64,000 nucleotides of DNA, taken from the NCBI GenBank assembly GCA_963575745.1, contig CAUYUJ010000214.1:310001-374000 (forward strand). The letters are read 5' to 3'. Each line of letters opens with the position of its first letter. Position 1 is the stretch's first letter. Origin of the DNA: Prorocentrum cordatum (Eukaryota). The notes under the pieces were generated by a model that searched no databases, was not told where the DNA came from, and was given only the letters and a program-made list of their open reading frames with translations. The translations under genes and the position numbers were made by a program. Positions 1 through 27,641 of the stretch are shown here, one piece after another.

Positions 1-54
1 CGCTGTGCTTTGTGCTGCGTTTCCCTTTCCTGTGTGGCGCTGTGCCGTGTTATG

Positions 55-570
55 CTCCTCCTCCTCCTGCTCCCCTTCTCACTCCTCTTCCTCCTTGTTC
101 CCCCCTCCCCTTCTTCCCCCCCTCTCCCTGTACCCATTCCTCCTCCTCCTCCTCCTCCTCCTCCTCCTCCTCCTCCTCCTCCTCCTCCTCCTCCCCCTCC
201 TCCTCATCCTCCTCCTCCTTCTCTCTCTCTCTCTCCTTCCTCCTCTCTCTTCTTCCTCCTCCTCCTTCTCCTTCCTGCTCCCTATGTTTCCACCTCCCTC
301 CTCCCTCCTGCTCCTTCTGTCCTCCCCCATGTCCCTTCTGCTCCTCTGCATCCCTCCTCTGCTGAGCTGGCCCACGCGACTCGTCGCTCCCGATGCCCTC
401 CACCGCCAACTTTTTGTGTGTGGTTCTCGTTCGTCTTGGAGGCGAGCGAGGCGCCACGATTTACATCACGCTGAAGCCTTCCTCCTTCTTCATCCCCTTG
501 CACTCCTCCTCCTCCTCCCCCTCCTCCTCCTCCTCCTCCTCCTCCTCCTCCAGCTCCAGCTCCAGCCCCG
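55..570. repeat. (CCT)n/pyrimidine-rich microsatellite tract
   Basis: Direct reading; it explains the poly-L/P/S ORFs at 5-745. Confidence 0.9.
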
Positions 571-2489
571 CACTCTCCCCCATCATTCTACGCTAGGCGG
601 ACATGATGGCCAGGCTCGTTGCGTTCCTCGAGAGAAAAAATCGAAAGAGCCGATTCTGGTTGAACGAGCAAACCAAATTGTGCCGCGGACAGGTGCAGAT
701 AAAGTGATGCAAAGAGACATTAAACGAATAGTGGCCCAACGGTGAGTAACCTAGTTCGCGGCAGTGCAAAGCGGGAAGGAGGTATAATTATAAAGAACTC
801 GCTCCCACCTCTTCCTCCTGCCGAGCTTGGGCCCAACTAGAGCTGCTCTACGGCCGTGACGGAGCCTGCGTGCGTGACAAGTGGCCCGCACCACAGTGGA
901 TGGTCCCGCCTTCCTCTGCCCTCCCAAGCTCAAAGCCGCCTGCCCCCCCATGCGGAGGAGAACAACGATCTAGATCCACCTCGCTCCTCCCTCCCCGCCC
1001 CGCCCTGCCAGAAAGGAGGAAACACGAGTCAGAGGAATAGGGGTGAGGGAGGAGGATGGCAGTTGCGTTTGTGTAAGTGTTCAATTCCTCTCTTCCACCT
1101 CGCCTTCCCCTTCGCCCAGATTCCCCGCCCCTGCTCCTCCCACCTCCTCCCCCCGCTCTCTTAGGCCCCGTCCGCTTCCCTCCCCCTTCCTTCTCTTCTG
1201 CCCCCCCTTCTCCGCCTCCCCCATCCTCCCTCGAGGTCCATTTTCCAAGACGTCCCCAAGCCATCTCTCAGGGCGGCCCAAAGCCAGTTCTTGGGTGGGC
1301 GGGTCACAAGTTTCGGCCCAATTTCTTTTCCAGGGCGTCCCAACACGTTTTCCTGGGGTGGCCGAAGAGCCTCACCCAGTGCTTCCCGAAGGGGTGCCCC
1401 AGAGCGGCCCAAAGTATTCCCAGAAGAGGAGGCAGCTCCCACTGGGAAACTTCAGATATACCGTACCAATCTTCCTCTGGGAAACAGGCCCTCACATCGG
1501 GAAGCGATGCGTATCTTCTCCCCTTTTCTCTCCCCCTCCCTTCACCCCCCTCTCCCCGTTTCCGAAAATGTCCAGAGTCCCCCGGAGGTCCCTGGAGGCC
1601 TCCCCGCAGTTCCCCAGTCCTGGCGGCCTCTTGAAGCCCCCGAGGGCTCTCACAACGTCAAGAGCTCGAGTCCTCAGTCCTCGATCCACCTCTCCACCTC
1701 CTGGGAGGAGGGAGGAGCCCGTAGCCGGAGCTGGCTGGCTCAAGCGGGCGCCCATGGGCCACTTCTTTTAGCCCCCGCCGGGGGCCGCGACGGGGGAAGA
1801 TCCGGGCCGCCGTCCTGAGGCCGGAGCAGATGGGGCCGGAGGGCCGTGACGCGTCGTCGATGCATCGGTGGCGCGGCGGTCCTGGAGACCGATCGTCGTC
1901 CTCCTCCTCCTCCTCCTCCTCCTCCTCCTCCTCCTCCTCCTCCTCCTCCTCCTCCTCCTCCTCCCCTCCTCCTCCTCCTCCTCCTCCCTCCTCCTCCTCC
2001 TCCTCCCCCTTCTCCTCCTCCTCCTCCGAGCGCGGGCCACTTTTCTGGGGGGTCCGCGGCGAGGGCGGACGCCGGCGCGTTCGGACAGCCGGCGGGCCGC
2101 GCCAGGCACTGGAGCAGCGGAAAAGAGGATGGCGGCCGCGGAGGGGGCGCGCGAGCTCCTCTGCCCCAGCGCAGCCACGCGCAGAGGGGGGTGGGGGGAG
2201 GGGGGAGGGCTTCTTAGAAGCACCCCTGCTTCTTAGAAGGCGCGGGCCTTGTCTATAGATGTAAGGCCGGCGCCTTCTAAGAAGCAGCCTCCTTCTAAGA
2301 AGCCCCCCCCCCTCCCTCCCCCCCCTTGTGCGCGCCGCCAACCAGCGTCGCCGACGCATCGCAGGTGCATCGGCGGTGCGATGCGATCCTTCGACCCAGT
2401 CCGCTCCGGCCCCACTTGGGGGCGGCCAGCAGAGCACCCGTGCCGCCTGCCTGCCAGGGGCGCCCCACTGGCCCCGCCCCAGGCTTTCA

Positions 2490-2642
2490 GTCGGGCCTGT
2501 CCCCCTACAGGAGGAAAGTTCAAAAATGGTCAAAAAATTAGTCTGGGGACGATTCTTTGACCATCCTTAGATATTGTTGGGGTATTTTTCAACTATTTTT
2601 GTTTTTTCGCCCAAAGTCCTCCTGTAGGGGCACAGGCCCGAC
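2490..2642. mobile_element. 153-bp MITE, family 1, copy 1
   Basis: 26-bp TIR gtcgggcctgtccccctacaggagga / tcctcctgtaggggcacaggcccgac (1 mismatch) with an AT-rich core; related copies at 49915 and 59989. Confidence 0.85.
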
Positions 2643-4832
2643 CTAACCCAAGCTTCGGAGGATGTTCGACGCCGACAGGGTCTCGGATTTCGAGGTGGCC
2701 GCAGACGCCGCCCCCTCCTCACCTGACATCCTCGCTAAGGGTTCGAAGGCGGGTCGGGTTGGCTGTTTTCTTGCCCTTCCCTGAAGCGGGCTCACTCGCC
2801 CGACGGCCTCGCGTCGAGGAAGAGTGGCGAGGCAAGGCCTTGGGCAACTCTCGGCCTCCAGGTCCTCGCTAGGCCTCTGGGCATTCAAAAAACGGCTCGG
2901 GATGCAAAGCTTGTCCCGGGGAAGGAGTCCAGACCTCTGGGGATCCACGTTGTGTTGTGACACGTCACGACATCGGATGTCTGGGCCCATTCGGGCGCCG
3001 TGAGGAGAGAAGACAAAGCGCAGCACGAGCGTCGTCTCCTGGCATCGGGACCCTCATGGACTTACTTGGTTCTTGTGGAAAGCGCACTGGGCTTTTTCTG
3101 CCGTTTGGAATTTACTGGTCCTTGATAAGCCAAACCACGCTGACACAGCGCTGCATGTTTTTGGCGTTGTTTACTGCTTTCCATGCGTTTCAGGCCCGTC
3201 GCTGTGGATCTTCATGTTTTTTTTACCGTGTTTTGCTTGCTGATCAAATTCTGTTCCTCGTCTTCCCTGCCGTCCTCTCTCCCCGCCCTCCTGTTCCTGC
3301 CGCCTCCTGCCCCCCCCCCCCCCGCGCGCAGAGCGCAGAGCTAAAAAAGCGCAAACAGCACCTCAGTCTACCGCCAGTCTGACAACGGCGCGGAACAGGC
3401 CCGGAGGCCCCGCGACCAGCCAGCAGCGACGACCAGAGAGGAGCACAATTCTTTTTGTGATGCAAATTAGGGAAGACTGGACGCAAGGAGAAGGAACTGA
3501 GGACGTGGTAGGCGGCAGTGTGAAACAGCTCAACGATCCAATTATTTGAGAAACGGAGCTGAAAACGCAACAAACATGAAGAGTCGTGTTAGCGTTCTTA
3601 CCTTGCTTGTTGGGACCAAAAAACGCTAACACAAATTGTGTCTAACGCACCGAGGTCAAGTTTATAACAAGACGCCCAGGGCAGATTCAAGAATAGCCAA
3701 GCTCATGGAACCATCCGCCCCGAGAACTCCCGTAGGAGGATTGGGTTGGGGGTTCAGGTTGTGTGCGTTTGCATATATCGCAGTGTGTGTGTGTGTGTGT
3801 GTGTGTGTTTTCGGGGACGTCGGACCTCGGGGTCCCCCTCCTCCTGTTCCAGCCTCATCGTCCTCCAGGGCATTCGGGAGCCTCCATCGTCACCGCGGCT
3901 GGAGGCGTCTCGGAAGAGCCTGGGAGGGGTCTGCGGGTGGGCTCTAAGCGGACTCTTAAGCCCTCCAGGAGCCTCTCTCCTCCCTCCTCCCCGGCCCTCC
4001 CTTGAAGCCTGCCAGAGAGGCCCCCTGGGAGTTCCCGGAAGGCCCCAGAGCCGAGCTCCTCCCCAGTCTTCCCCTAGAAGTTTTGCTGCTGCCCTGGATC
4101 CTGACTCCGGGACGGCCCCCATAGGTCGCTGGAGGCCTTCCGAGGCCCAACAAAAAAGGTGCGAAGCCGTTGATAAAGACAGCCCCCCAGAAGCGTCCGC
4201 AGAAATTCCCCCCCTCCTCTCGGGAGCGTTTTTGATTCCCGGGCGATCACGGGCGTTCCCAGGGTGGAAGGAGGGGGCGCGTAATCTCACGTTTCGCGCC
4301 GGCGCCGTTGGGGAATGTCGACGAATAGCTACAGACAGCTAGGAGGTCATCACGAATCTTGACGTTGCCTTGGGGGGGATGGGGTGGCTGCCGGGGCAGG
4401 TACTTGCCGTTATCTCAAAAGAATGAAAAACAAACAAGCGCTCTCCTCGATGTTCGTGTGCTGAGGGCAAGACTCAGGACCCCCCGGTGGGCGACGTAAG
4501 AGAACGGGTCCGTCTGCGCGGACATTGGCGCGTGAGCGCCTTCTTCTCCACGCGGTGTGCCACATTGGGGGCCCGCGTAAGCCGCGGCATGGTGTCGCTG
4601 TGACATCGTACGTAAGACCCGTCTCTTTTCTCACTCTCGAAAAACATATTCGCATCCGTGGCCTCGCGGGCCGGGACTCTGGGCCGCGACCCCGCGGATG
4701 CGGGGCGTTTTCTTCGTGGATGCCCCGCGCGGACGGTATCCGTACGATCACGTACCCGCGGGATGGCGCCCAGGAGTGCAGACCGCGAGGGGGCGCGGAT
4801 CTGCTCGCCGCTTGGGGCTCGCGTCGCCCCAG

Positions 4833-18384
<13,552 letters not shown>

Positions 18385-19029
18385 GTACAGCAGAGAATAG
18401 AGACAGTAGAGAAGGAGGAGGATGAGGAGTACAGTGGCAGCCCTGAGTTACAGGGGCAGTCGGCCCCACAAGGGGAGGAGCGCAAAGCCTACCTGGCCCT
18501 TCTCCTCTCCGCACCCTCCGCTGTGCCTCCCTCCCTGCTTTTCTTCCTTCCTCTCTCCCTCGCCCCCTCCCTCCTCTCGTGCTCGAGCGAGATCGCCGGC
18601 CGGTTCTGGTGCGTCTTCCTCGCGCAGGCCGAAGGTGCGAGTTACCATCTCGTGTTCCGGACTGGGTCAGAACCAGCCGACACCCGTACCTGCACGACTC
18701 TTCGCCATCGACTTCCGCGTGACCTTGGACCGCCCTCATCCATCTCCTCCTCCGTCTCCTCTTTCCCCCCCTCCGCTTCCTGCTCCTCCTTCTCCTGGCC
18801 TCACGTGGTTCCCCAGCGTGGCCCCACCCCGCCCCCGCGCAGCCATTTTGCCTTCGGGCGGCGCCGCGGGGCCCGCGCCATCGGGAGCCCCCAGGCCCAC
18901 GGAGGGCCGCCGGGGCCTGAGGAGGTCTCCCTCGCCCGCCTGGCACAGGCGCCTCAAACGGGTGCGAGGTCAGGCCCGCAAGTGGTTTCGAGCAGTACAT
19001 ATCCGTCAGCTCGATTCCCACCACGGCAG

Positions 19030-22000
19030 CATGGCGCCGAAACTGCAGGATGACTGGAGCAGGTGCAAGCGCTGCTAACAGTGGTACTTGAACAAGCAGC
19101 TGTGCGATAATGACTTTTGGTGCATATGCGGATGCTGTGTCGCCCGTCCGAAGAGCTGGAAGCACACGACTGCGGCAGCGGACTACGGCGACAACTACGG
19201 GCAATGGCCAGTACGCAAGCTACCACAACATCATCTACGACGCGAGGGCCCAGGGCGGCAATCATGCCACTGGCCAGCAGCAGAAGAACGGTGTGGAGCA
19301 GCTCGCGACGGCCCTGAAGACGGTCACTTCCACGCCCGGCTCCATGCAGTTGGCGACCTCGGACAAGGGCGGGATCGTCGAGCAGCTGTATGGGGGCGGC
19401 CTCAGCACTAGAGAAGGCAGCGAGCTCCTGCTTGACACCGTTAGCGCCAACGAAGTCCAAAGCACTACGATTGGCAGAGGCGGCTAAGTCCTTTGAAGGG
19501 GGCCAACGAGAGGTGCAAGTGGGCTTTCGAGGCGAAGCAGCAGGCAGACGCCAAGTCGGCGAAGGCCCACGAAGCGCTCAACTTGAGGGCCGACGAGATG
19601 CTGAAGACGGAGCAGCTCATCGAGTCCATCCAGGCAGAGGGCGAAGAGAAGAACAATAGCATATTCGACGTGATTTTCGAGGCGGGCACGGACGTCGCGC
19701 GCCCGTCCGAGATCGAGTTCTTTGCGCTTGAAGGGCACTCTACATATGACGAAGATATGGGCGCAGAGGGGAGAACAGCGGTCGAAAGCACCAAGAAACA
19801 AGTTTTGGTGGAGCTCAAGTGGACGGCGCTCACGTTCAAAGGGCAACTCGCAGAGCACTTACAGAAGGCGAGGACACAGGCAGAGGAGAACCGCACCATT
19901 ATCAGGCGGGCGTTCAAGAAGCGGAAAGCGGACCGAGTGGACAATATCCAGGAGGCGAAGACAAGAGGCCTAGCAGCGGCGTCAACAACGGCGCCACCGC
20001 CAAGGTCTACGGCCACGGCAAGCGACAGCGCGGAAGGGGCCAAGGACACCAACAAGAGCGAGGCCGGGGAGTTCCTGGAGCGCCGCAGGTCAGGCGAAGG
20101 AGCCCCTCCCTACGACCACTAGGATCTACAGCAGAGGGACAGGCGACCTGTCGGCGACGCTGAGCCCATGGACCGCACAATCTTTTTCGCCAACATCACC
20201 GCGTGGGGACCAAAGGTCATGAGCTGCGACGCGACGGACTTCTTGGAGGGTGCGACATTTTCGGCGCAGATCGACAGCGTGGAGCGCGATTTGCAGACGG
20301 CGGACTTCGCGAGCACCTTCGCCGCGGCGCGACGGAGCGAGAAGAGCCTGGCGGGCGCCAGAGGTGGCGCAGCTGTCATCACGAAAGGGCACCTGATGGC
20401 GACTTCGTTGAAGCACCGCTCGAAGCCAGTGACCGCCTCCAACGCGTGCAACCACAATGAGCCAGGAGACCTGGGCATGCGCGACTGGACTCCAGTCGCG
20501 CTGCAACTGAAGGGGGCGTCGCTGGTCATCATCCCCCTCTACCTCGGCCCTAAGAGCAGCGCGCTGCGCGGCGCAAACGCGCGCAAGTTGACGTCGCTGG
20601 CCTTTTTCCTGGACTCCCTCTCTATGCCGCGGCTCGTCTGCGGCGGCTTCAACGTGAACCGCCGCGACTTCGCCGAGACGGGCTGGCCGACGGCACTTGG
20701 GGCGGCGGGCGCCGTGGGCCTACCCGGCGACGCGCGCGCCTGCAACCTCGGAGACGTCTACTCCAACGTCGACTGCGCGGTGGCCAACAAAGGAGGCCAG
20801 CGGCTGGTGTGAGGAGCGAGACCGATCTACGACGCGCCATGGAAACCACATTTAGGACTGGTCATCAACATTCGTGCTTCGTCAGAAGCAAACGACATCA
20901 GACGATCCCAACTGCCCAGACCATTCCCACATCCACCCCGACCAAAACCAACGCGTAGCAGCAAGACGGGAGCAGCGCATCAGAGACGGGCACGTGACAA
21001 CCAGACACCACAACCACAGCTCGCACCGCCAGAATTCACGGCGACACCAATGAGCATCGACGCAGACAACCAGCGATGGGATGCACTGGGGCCGACGGGG
21101 TGAACGACGTACTCGCGCAGCGCACACATCGCGCAGCAGCCCTTTCCATGGGCCACACAGACGTCGACCCCGTCGGCGACATTCACGACTATCACCACAT
21201 AGGCGGGGGCAGCCCCACTACCGACATGGAGACGAGGCACGACGCGGGCGACCTCGTCTATCAGCGGGAGTGCGACGCCCACCTCGCCCGACGGGCAGAG
21301 ATGAGAACGAGCAGAGCGACGCGAACGGCGCAGCCACAGTGGACCAACGCAGCTGCGCAGGCAAGGACGCCGTCGACACCCGGGAGGGAGCTCACGGGGT
21401 CTCCGGGCCCTCGCTGACGGAGCGGGTCCTTGCCCGCGCTGTCGGGGCCAACGCTGACGCGATGGACAACGCGTGGGTGTTTGCTGGCGTATTGCAGCAG
21501 AAAAACGACAACGACGACGCCCCTGACTACATCTTGAAGAACGCCACCGGCCGCGCGGACCCCAGCGGCGCAGAGCTTCTCAGGCGGCGCCCGGGAGAAG
21601 CCCCGCTGCGCGGCGTGCAGGATGGAGCCCGGACGGGGGTCGCCATGCCATTGCAAGGAGCAGCAGCTCCAGGAAAAAGTGGGCCGGCGACAGAAGGGGC
21701 CGCATCGCACAAAGCGGACTGGTGGAACCGCGCCGACGCGATACTGCGAGCACTAGTCAAGCTACTTGAGCGACAACACGGGCACCTACAGCAACGGGAG
21801 CTTGCCAGCGCGGGCCGACGACTAGCACGGGAAGGCCTACCCCCTGCAGGGCCGGCGCCCACTGCGACAGCACGACTCCGCAGAGACTTGTAGAAGGACC
21901 GCGTGGAGCAGCTGGAGTCCAACCCACTGGAGACACTGAAGGGCATGGCTGAACAAGCAGAGCAGGAAGTTACATGCGCACTTCGGAAAGACATGAGCGA

Positions 22001-24700
22001 CATCAGGAAGCAATGCGGAACGAGGCTCATGCAAGCCGACAAGCACAGCGGCACGCGCCGCGACATCACCAAACCACCACGACGATGCGACACCGAAATC
22101 CATACTGGCGCCGCGACATTGCAGCCCGAAGGACATGATAGACCACAAGCCCACTACATTCACCCACATCTGGATCTGCGACGCAACGCCGGACGAGGAG
22201 CACAAGGAGTACCTCGCCGCCCTCCGCGCCAAGGCCGCCGAGGGGAAAGAGTGCGACCCGCGGGCGCCCAACGACCTCGACAGGTGCATCAAGGGCGGGC
22301 CCGACATGGGCAAGAGCGTGAACATGATTCGCATCAGCGACGTAAGACGCCCCCCTGAATCTAGACGCTAGGCGCTGGCCGACCTCTTCGGCGAGCGCGA
22401 GCGCCACCTCGCATGGCCGCGGCAGCTCACCACGGCCATCGCCATGCTCATCCTCGAGCCCGCCAAAAGGGACCGAGCCCTTGCGCTACCGCCACAACCT
22501 GTTCGCTGCTGGGAGCTTCTTCGCCGACAGCGCATTCGGCGATGGGCGCGACGCCATGCGCGGGAATGGGATGTAGCGATCGAGGGAACAGCTGCCTATG
22601 AGAAGCACTACGACGCCTCATCACAGACGATTGCGCAGACGCACTAGGCCTCTGGGAACCAGTATTTCTAGCCGACATCGAGAAGTTTTACGACAGCCTG
22701 CGCGTCGACAAGGTCCGACCAGTAGCACTCCCGCTCAACTTCCCAGCGAGACCACTCTACCTCATGATGCTACAGCACCCATCAACGATATTTTTACGCT
22801 GCCGAGGGGCAGGCTCGCTCCCACCATGCGCCGACCGCTCGATCCTCGCTGGGTCACGGCATTCCAACAACGTGGCCAACGCGGTAGTGCACGCGGCGGT
22901 GGCGAAGTTCATAGGCACCACCGTCATACCACGACCAGTGCCACGAGCATGGTTCGACGACATCAGCATTCGGATCGTCGGCAGCAGAGCGCAAGTTATC
23001 CCGGCCAAGGCAGCAGCGACGCACAAGCTGCACCTGGGCCTTGGAGACCAGCGTGTGCGCCATGGGAGCTAGACTGGGACTCGCGAGGACCCGAGACTGG
23101 GATCGACAAGAACAAGAACTACTGGATACCCCGTCGACGGCGAGCAGGGCGACCCGACCGACGTCACCGATGCTTTCAGACGTCGCCCACTACCTCTGGT
23201 CGACCGCAGCACGGCGCCACGACGGAGGAGGCCTGGAAGCGAGCGGGGGCAGACACCGCGGACCTGCGACGGCACTTGGAGTCGCTGCTGCGACGCGGTA
23301 ACTACAGAGTACGGCGCGCTGCTGGGCACGAACGAGACCGCGAGCATGCTTCGGCGAAGGTGCAGCAAAATGCGAATGTGGAGCCGGAGAAACGGACTAC
23401 CGCCGGATCTGGCAAAACTGCGACGCCCAAGGCGACCGCGAAAATTTCCGCAAGACACACGAGGTACAACGCCAAGCTGAAGCGGGTAATCATATTGCCC
23501 CCGCGTTCTGGCTACGAGGCATCACGCCGCGATCATGGTCGGTGCGGCCAGAGTGCGACGCGGAGGAAGGGGCCAATTGCATGGGGGACAACATGCACGG
23601 CGGACGCAGTGCCACATAAGACGGAACACCAATCGTGGCGCACGGCGACGGACCTGGAGGCAAATGCAGCACTGACTGGAGCTGCAGACGTTGCGGCTGG
23701 GCCTGGATAAGATTGGGCGGGGATGACATGAGCATCGCTGCGGGCAAGTACGGACCCCTCCCAGGACGACGCCAAACCAACAAAAGAGCGGAAGTATGGG
23801 CGCTGCTGGACTGCCTCAGGGGCACTGCGGGGCCAGTGCATGTCTGGACAGACAGCGAGATCGTCTACAAGGACTTGGCATCGCGACGTTTCAAGCGACC
23901 AGCGGAAGCGGGTACCAACGGCGAATTGTGGAAAGAGATAGAGCGAGATCTGCGACAGCGAGGGCTAGCAGACGAAGTACAGCTTTACCACATCAGTAGC
24001 CACCTCAGCTGGGAAGAAGCCGAAGAGATGGGATGCCCGCGAGGCGCATGGTACGGCAACGCACAAGCCGACAAGCGCGCTGACGTCGCAGCTGAAGCAC
24101 ACTACATCGGTGACGCAAAGATGCAATGCTACAACTGGGTGAACGCGACGGCGGCCCTGGCGAGGCGACGAACCACGACAGCAACACAACAAGTTCGGGA
24201 ACGACGCCCAGCCGACGACCGCGACATCAGGGCCAAGAGAGGACCGCAGAAACGGGCTGCACGAGAAAAGCGGAAGAGAAACGCAGACTATTTTGCACCG
24301 GGGCCACCTGAGCCCATCGGGCGACGACCGCCAACGACTCACCAGCTCCGACGACTTCGACGCGGGAAGGGTTGGAAGTGCAGTTGTTGCCGTCGAAGTG
24401 TGGGGAGGGACGCAGCCTTCGACAACATTTTAAATTGGTTCAGAGGCGGCTGCGACGGACCACCGCCGAGACAAGGGACGGAGCTGCATATGCACGGCAA
24501 CGCGGCGCGCCCATCGCATTGCCGCCACTACCAGAAAGCAAAGATGGTATTGCAGAGCATGCGGGGCAACAGCTGTGGGATACGTATCTCAGAAGATGCA
24601 AGTATGATGTCGCAGAGCCCCGCCATGCAGCAGCTTGCAGTACGCGCTGAAGAAGTGGAGCGAGATGGCGCGCGCGGATGGGGATGCCGAGGCAAACGGT
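19030..24700 (+). mobile_element. Degenerate non-LTR retrotransposon: ORF1, then APE endonuclease, RT, RNase H and a C-terminal Cys/His motif
   Basis: ORF1 from 19030 is Cys-rich (WSRCKRC*QW..FWCICG) with a coiled region ending at 20122. APE starts at 20168 (IFFANITAWG, GGAAVITK, PLYL, CGGFN, VDCAV). RT lies at ~22370-23100 (DRALAL, DIEKFYDS, SILAGS, WFDDISI). RNase H lies at 23635-24100 (DG..CGWAW, LPGRRQTNKRAEVWAL, VWTDSEIV, NGELW, HISSH, GNAQADKRAD). Many stops and frameshifts. Confidence 0.9.
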
Positions 24701-25699
24701 GCAGACAGTTCGACGCCATCGACGCCAGCACCACCGCCGCTGCAAGACGGACGGCAGCCCTCAACCCCCGTGCAGCAACGACGAGCCGAAGCAAACGCGA
24801 CCTGAGACCAGATCCCCAGTCAAAGCAGCAGGCCGACGCCGCTGAACGCCGGCACCACGACCATGGCGTTAGGGCGCAAAGGCCCGGGGAAGCCCCGGAT
24901 GCGAGGGAACACCTCAGGCATCCGTCGCCACGTGGAGCTGCTGGCGTTAGGGCGCAAAGTCTTGGGGGAGCTCCGAATGCGAGGGAACACCTCAGGCACA
25001 AGTCGCCATGTGTAGCTGGGCAGCACGAGGAGGCGGACGAAGACGCGCCGCGCGTGGTCCAGAGCGCAATCAGAATCGCACGACGCTCCAGCACCAGCGG
25101 CCAGCGGAACCGACTCGACCTACTGCAGCGACCACCACTTGTTGGCAGCAGCGACAAGCACTTCCACCCACAGCGTAACCAAGACGACATCCCACCACGC
25201 CTACATAGAGTATGAGGCGCAACAGCCCTGGTGAGGCAAGGCTCAGACTTCGAGACGGGCTCGAAGGGCCCGGGGGCAGGGCGAGTACTGCCCGCGCCTG
25301 CCAGGGGTGGTGGTGAAGGGCATGGGTGGGTGGGTGGGATGGGGTGAAGGGGGGGGGGGGGGGGGGGGGCGCTACCCGCGCCCCCGCGGTCCGCCCTGGC
25401 TCGCCACCCCCACCATTCCCACGGCGGAGGAGGAGCTCGCGCGAACGCCTGCGAGGCGGAGCGCAGGGCAGCTGCGACCTACACCACCACGAGCAGAAGC
25501 AAGCACAAGGCCTGGGGTTCGCCCCCACCGAGGGCACTGTGACCCCTGGCCATAGCAGGACGAAGTGGGACAGCCACGAATCCCAGTTGAAGTCGGTGCA
25601 TGGAGGCCAAAAAAGCGCGCCCAACAACCTCGCGCCACTGCTCCCAGCAACGCGCCGACCCCGCGACCGGCGCGCCGACCCCGCGACCGCCGAAGGTCG

Positions 25700-26900
25700 A
25701 AGACGCGGCCGAGAGTGCGGAAGACCGATGGAGGCGGTGGACACTGCGACTCCCGGCTGCTGCCAGCAAGTCCGTCGAGCAGCGCGGCGGGCAGCAGCGC
25801 GACGTGAACCAGCGGCGCCAGCCGCCCCCCCGGCCGACGAGCAGCGCGGGGAAGCAGCAACATGACCAGCAGAGACACAGCCTCGCAGAACAGCTGAAGA
25901 AGTGCAATCGGACGGCGATTGCCAACGGAGATGATATGGCAAGCAGCGCAGACAGGCCGACGCCACCGCATAAAGTGAGGCTCGACGCGCAGCAGCCATC
26001 ACCGCATCACCAGCAGCCGGACGACCGCCAGCACCAGGACTGATGGGAGGAGTGCAGCTCAGTACTGTTCCATGCGCCTCAGCCAGACGCGAGTGGAGAG
26101 GGGGTGGGCCCCATGGCCGCGACCCCCCAGGAGGAGGACGCAGCGGCGACGGCGGCGGACCACCACGCCCCACAGCACGACGGACACCACCCGACCGACA
26201 ACGGCGCGGGAACCAGCCAGCGGGCACGCACCGCACCACGTCGCGCGAGGATGGGCGTGAGCACCGACCCGACTGGCAGTTCGTCGCCAACGGCGCCACG
26301 ATCACCGCCCCCAGCCGCAACGGCAGAGAGCGCGGAAGACAGACGGAGACGGCGGGCACTGCGCCTCCTGGCTGCTGCCAGCAAGCCCGTCGAGCAACGC
26401 GACGGCCAGCGGCGAGACGTGACCCAGCAGCACCAGCCACAGCACCAGTGCAACCAGGGCCACAGACAACCACAAGCTGAATAAGTGCAACGCGTTGGAA
26501 ACCGAAGAAGGGAATGTTGTGGTATACAGCGCAGACAGTTCGACGACAGCGCAGAGAGCGCAGTGCGTCGGACAGCAGCCAGCGCCACAGCACCAACAGT
26601 ACGACCTCCACCAGCACCAGGGCAGCTGGGAGGAGTGCAGCTCAACAGTGCTCCGCGCGTCAGCCAGGCGCGAGTGGAGAGGGGTGGGCCCCAGGGCCGC
26701 GACCCCCGAAAGGAGGGCGCCGCGGCGACGGCGGCGGACGACCTCGCCGTGCAGCGCAACGACTTCCAGCTGCACCAGGACAGCTGGAAGGAGAACGTTT
26801 CAGCATTGCTCCACGCGCCTCGGCCAGGCGCGCGTGGAGAGGTGGCGGGCCCCAGGGCCGCGACGCCCCGAGAGAAGGCCGCCGCGGCGTCGGCGGCGGG
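25700..26900. repeat. Diverged ~600-bp tandem duplication plus a partial third unit
   Basis: gagag(t/c)gcggaagac...ggctgctgccagcaag at ~25710 and ~26326; gggaggagtgcagctca...gcgagtggagagggg at ~26045 and ~26628. Confidence 0.75.
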
Positions 26901-27395
26901 CGCGGCCTAGGCCGCGCAACCCGCGGGGAGCGATATGCGAAACAGTCGAACTATTCCTTCTCCTGGATTATGCTTGTCCGCCGCCTCCTCCTCCCTCCTT
27001 CCCTCTCTTCTCCCTCCCTCCCTCCTTTCTGCGCCCCCTGCCGACCGCGTGTGCGCGGGGCAGCGGGGCGCCGCCCGGGCAGCGGCGAACAGAGTAGCGG
27101 CGCAGGGGTGGCCGACTGCGAACAAACCAGCCGCGCGCGCGCGCGTCTCCTGCTGCGCGGGGCCGCGCGCGCTGGAATCGCGCGTCTCTTGCCGATCGCT
27201 GCGCGTCTTTTTTTTGTTTCCCCGCGTCGCGGGCCCGCCGCGAGGCCGCCGTGCCGAGTGTGCGGGAGATTCCTTTCTCCTCGCCGCTCGGGCGCCGCTC
27301 GGGCGCTGCTTGGGCGCGCCCGACCGGGAGTGAAGGGGGGGGGCGGGAGGGGGAGGGAGAGGAACAGGGAGAGGGAGAGGGAGAGGGAGAGTAAC

Positions 27396-27640
<245 letters not shown>

Positions 27641-27641
27641 C

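Noticed and set aside
1736..1771. tggctcaag followed by ATG as an SL relic for the TPR gene
   Set aside because: Only a 9-nt match, and the frame stops after MGHFF with no supportable splice to 4833.
25395..25640. Possible HDV-like ribozyme on the minus strand
   Set aside because: One stem is present, but I could not build the P1/P3/P1.1 pseudoknot.
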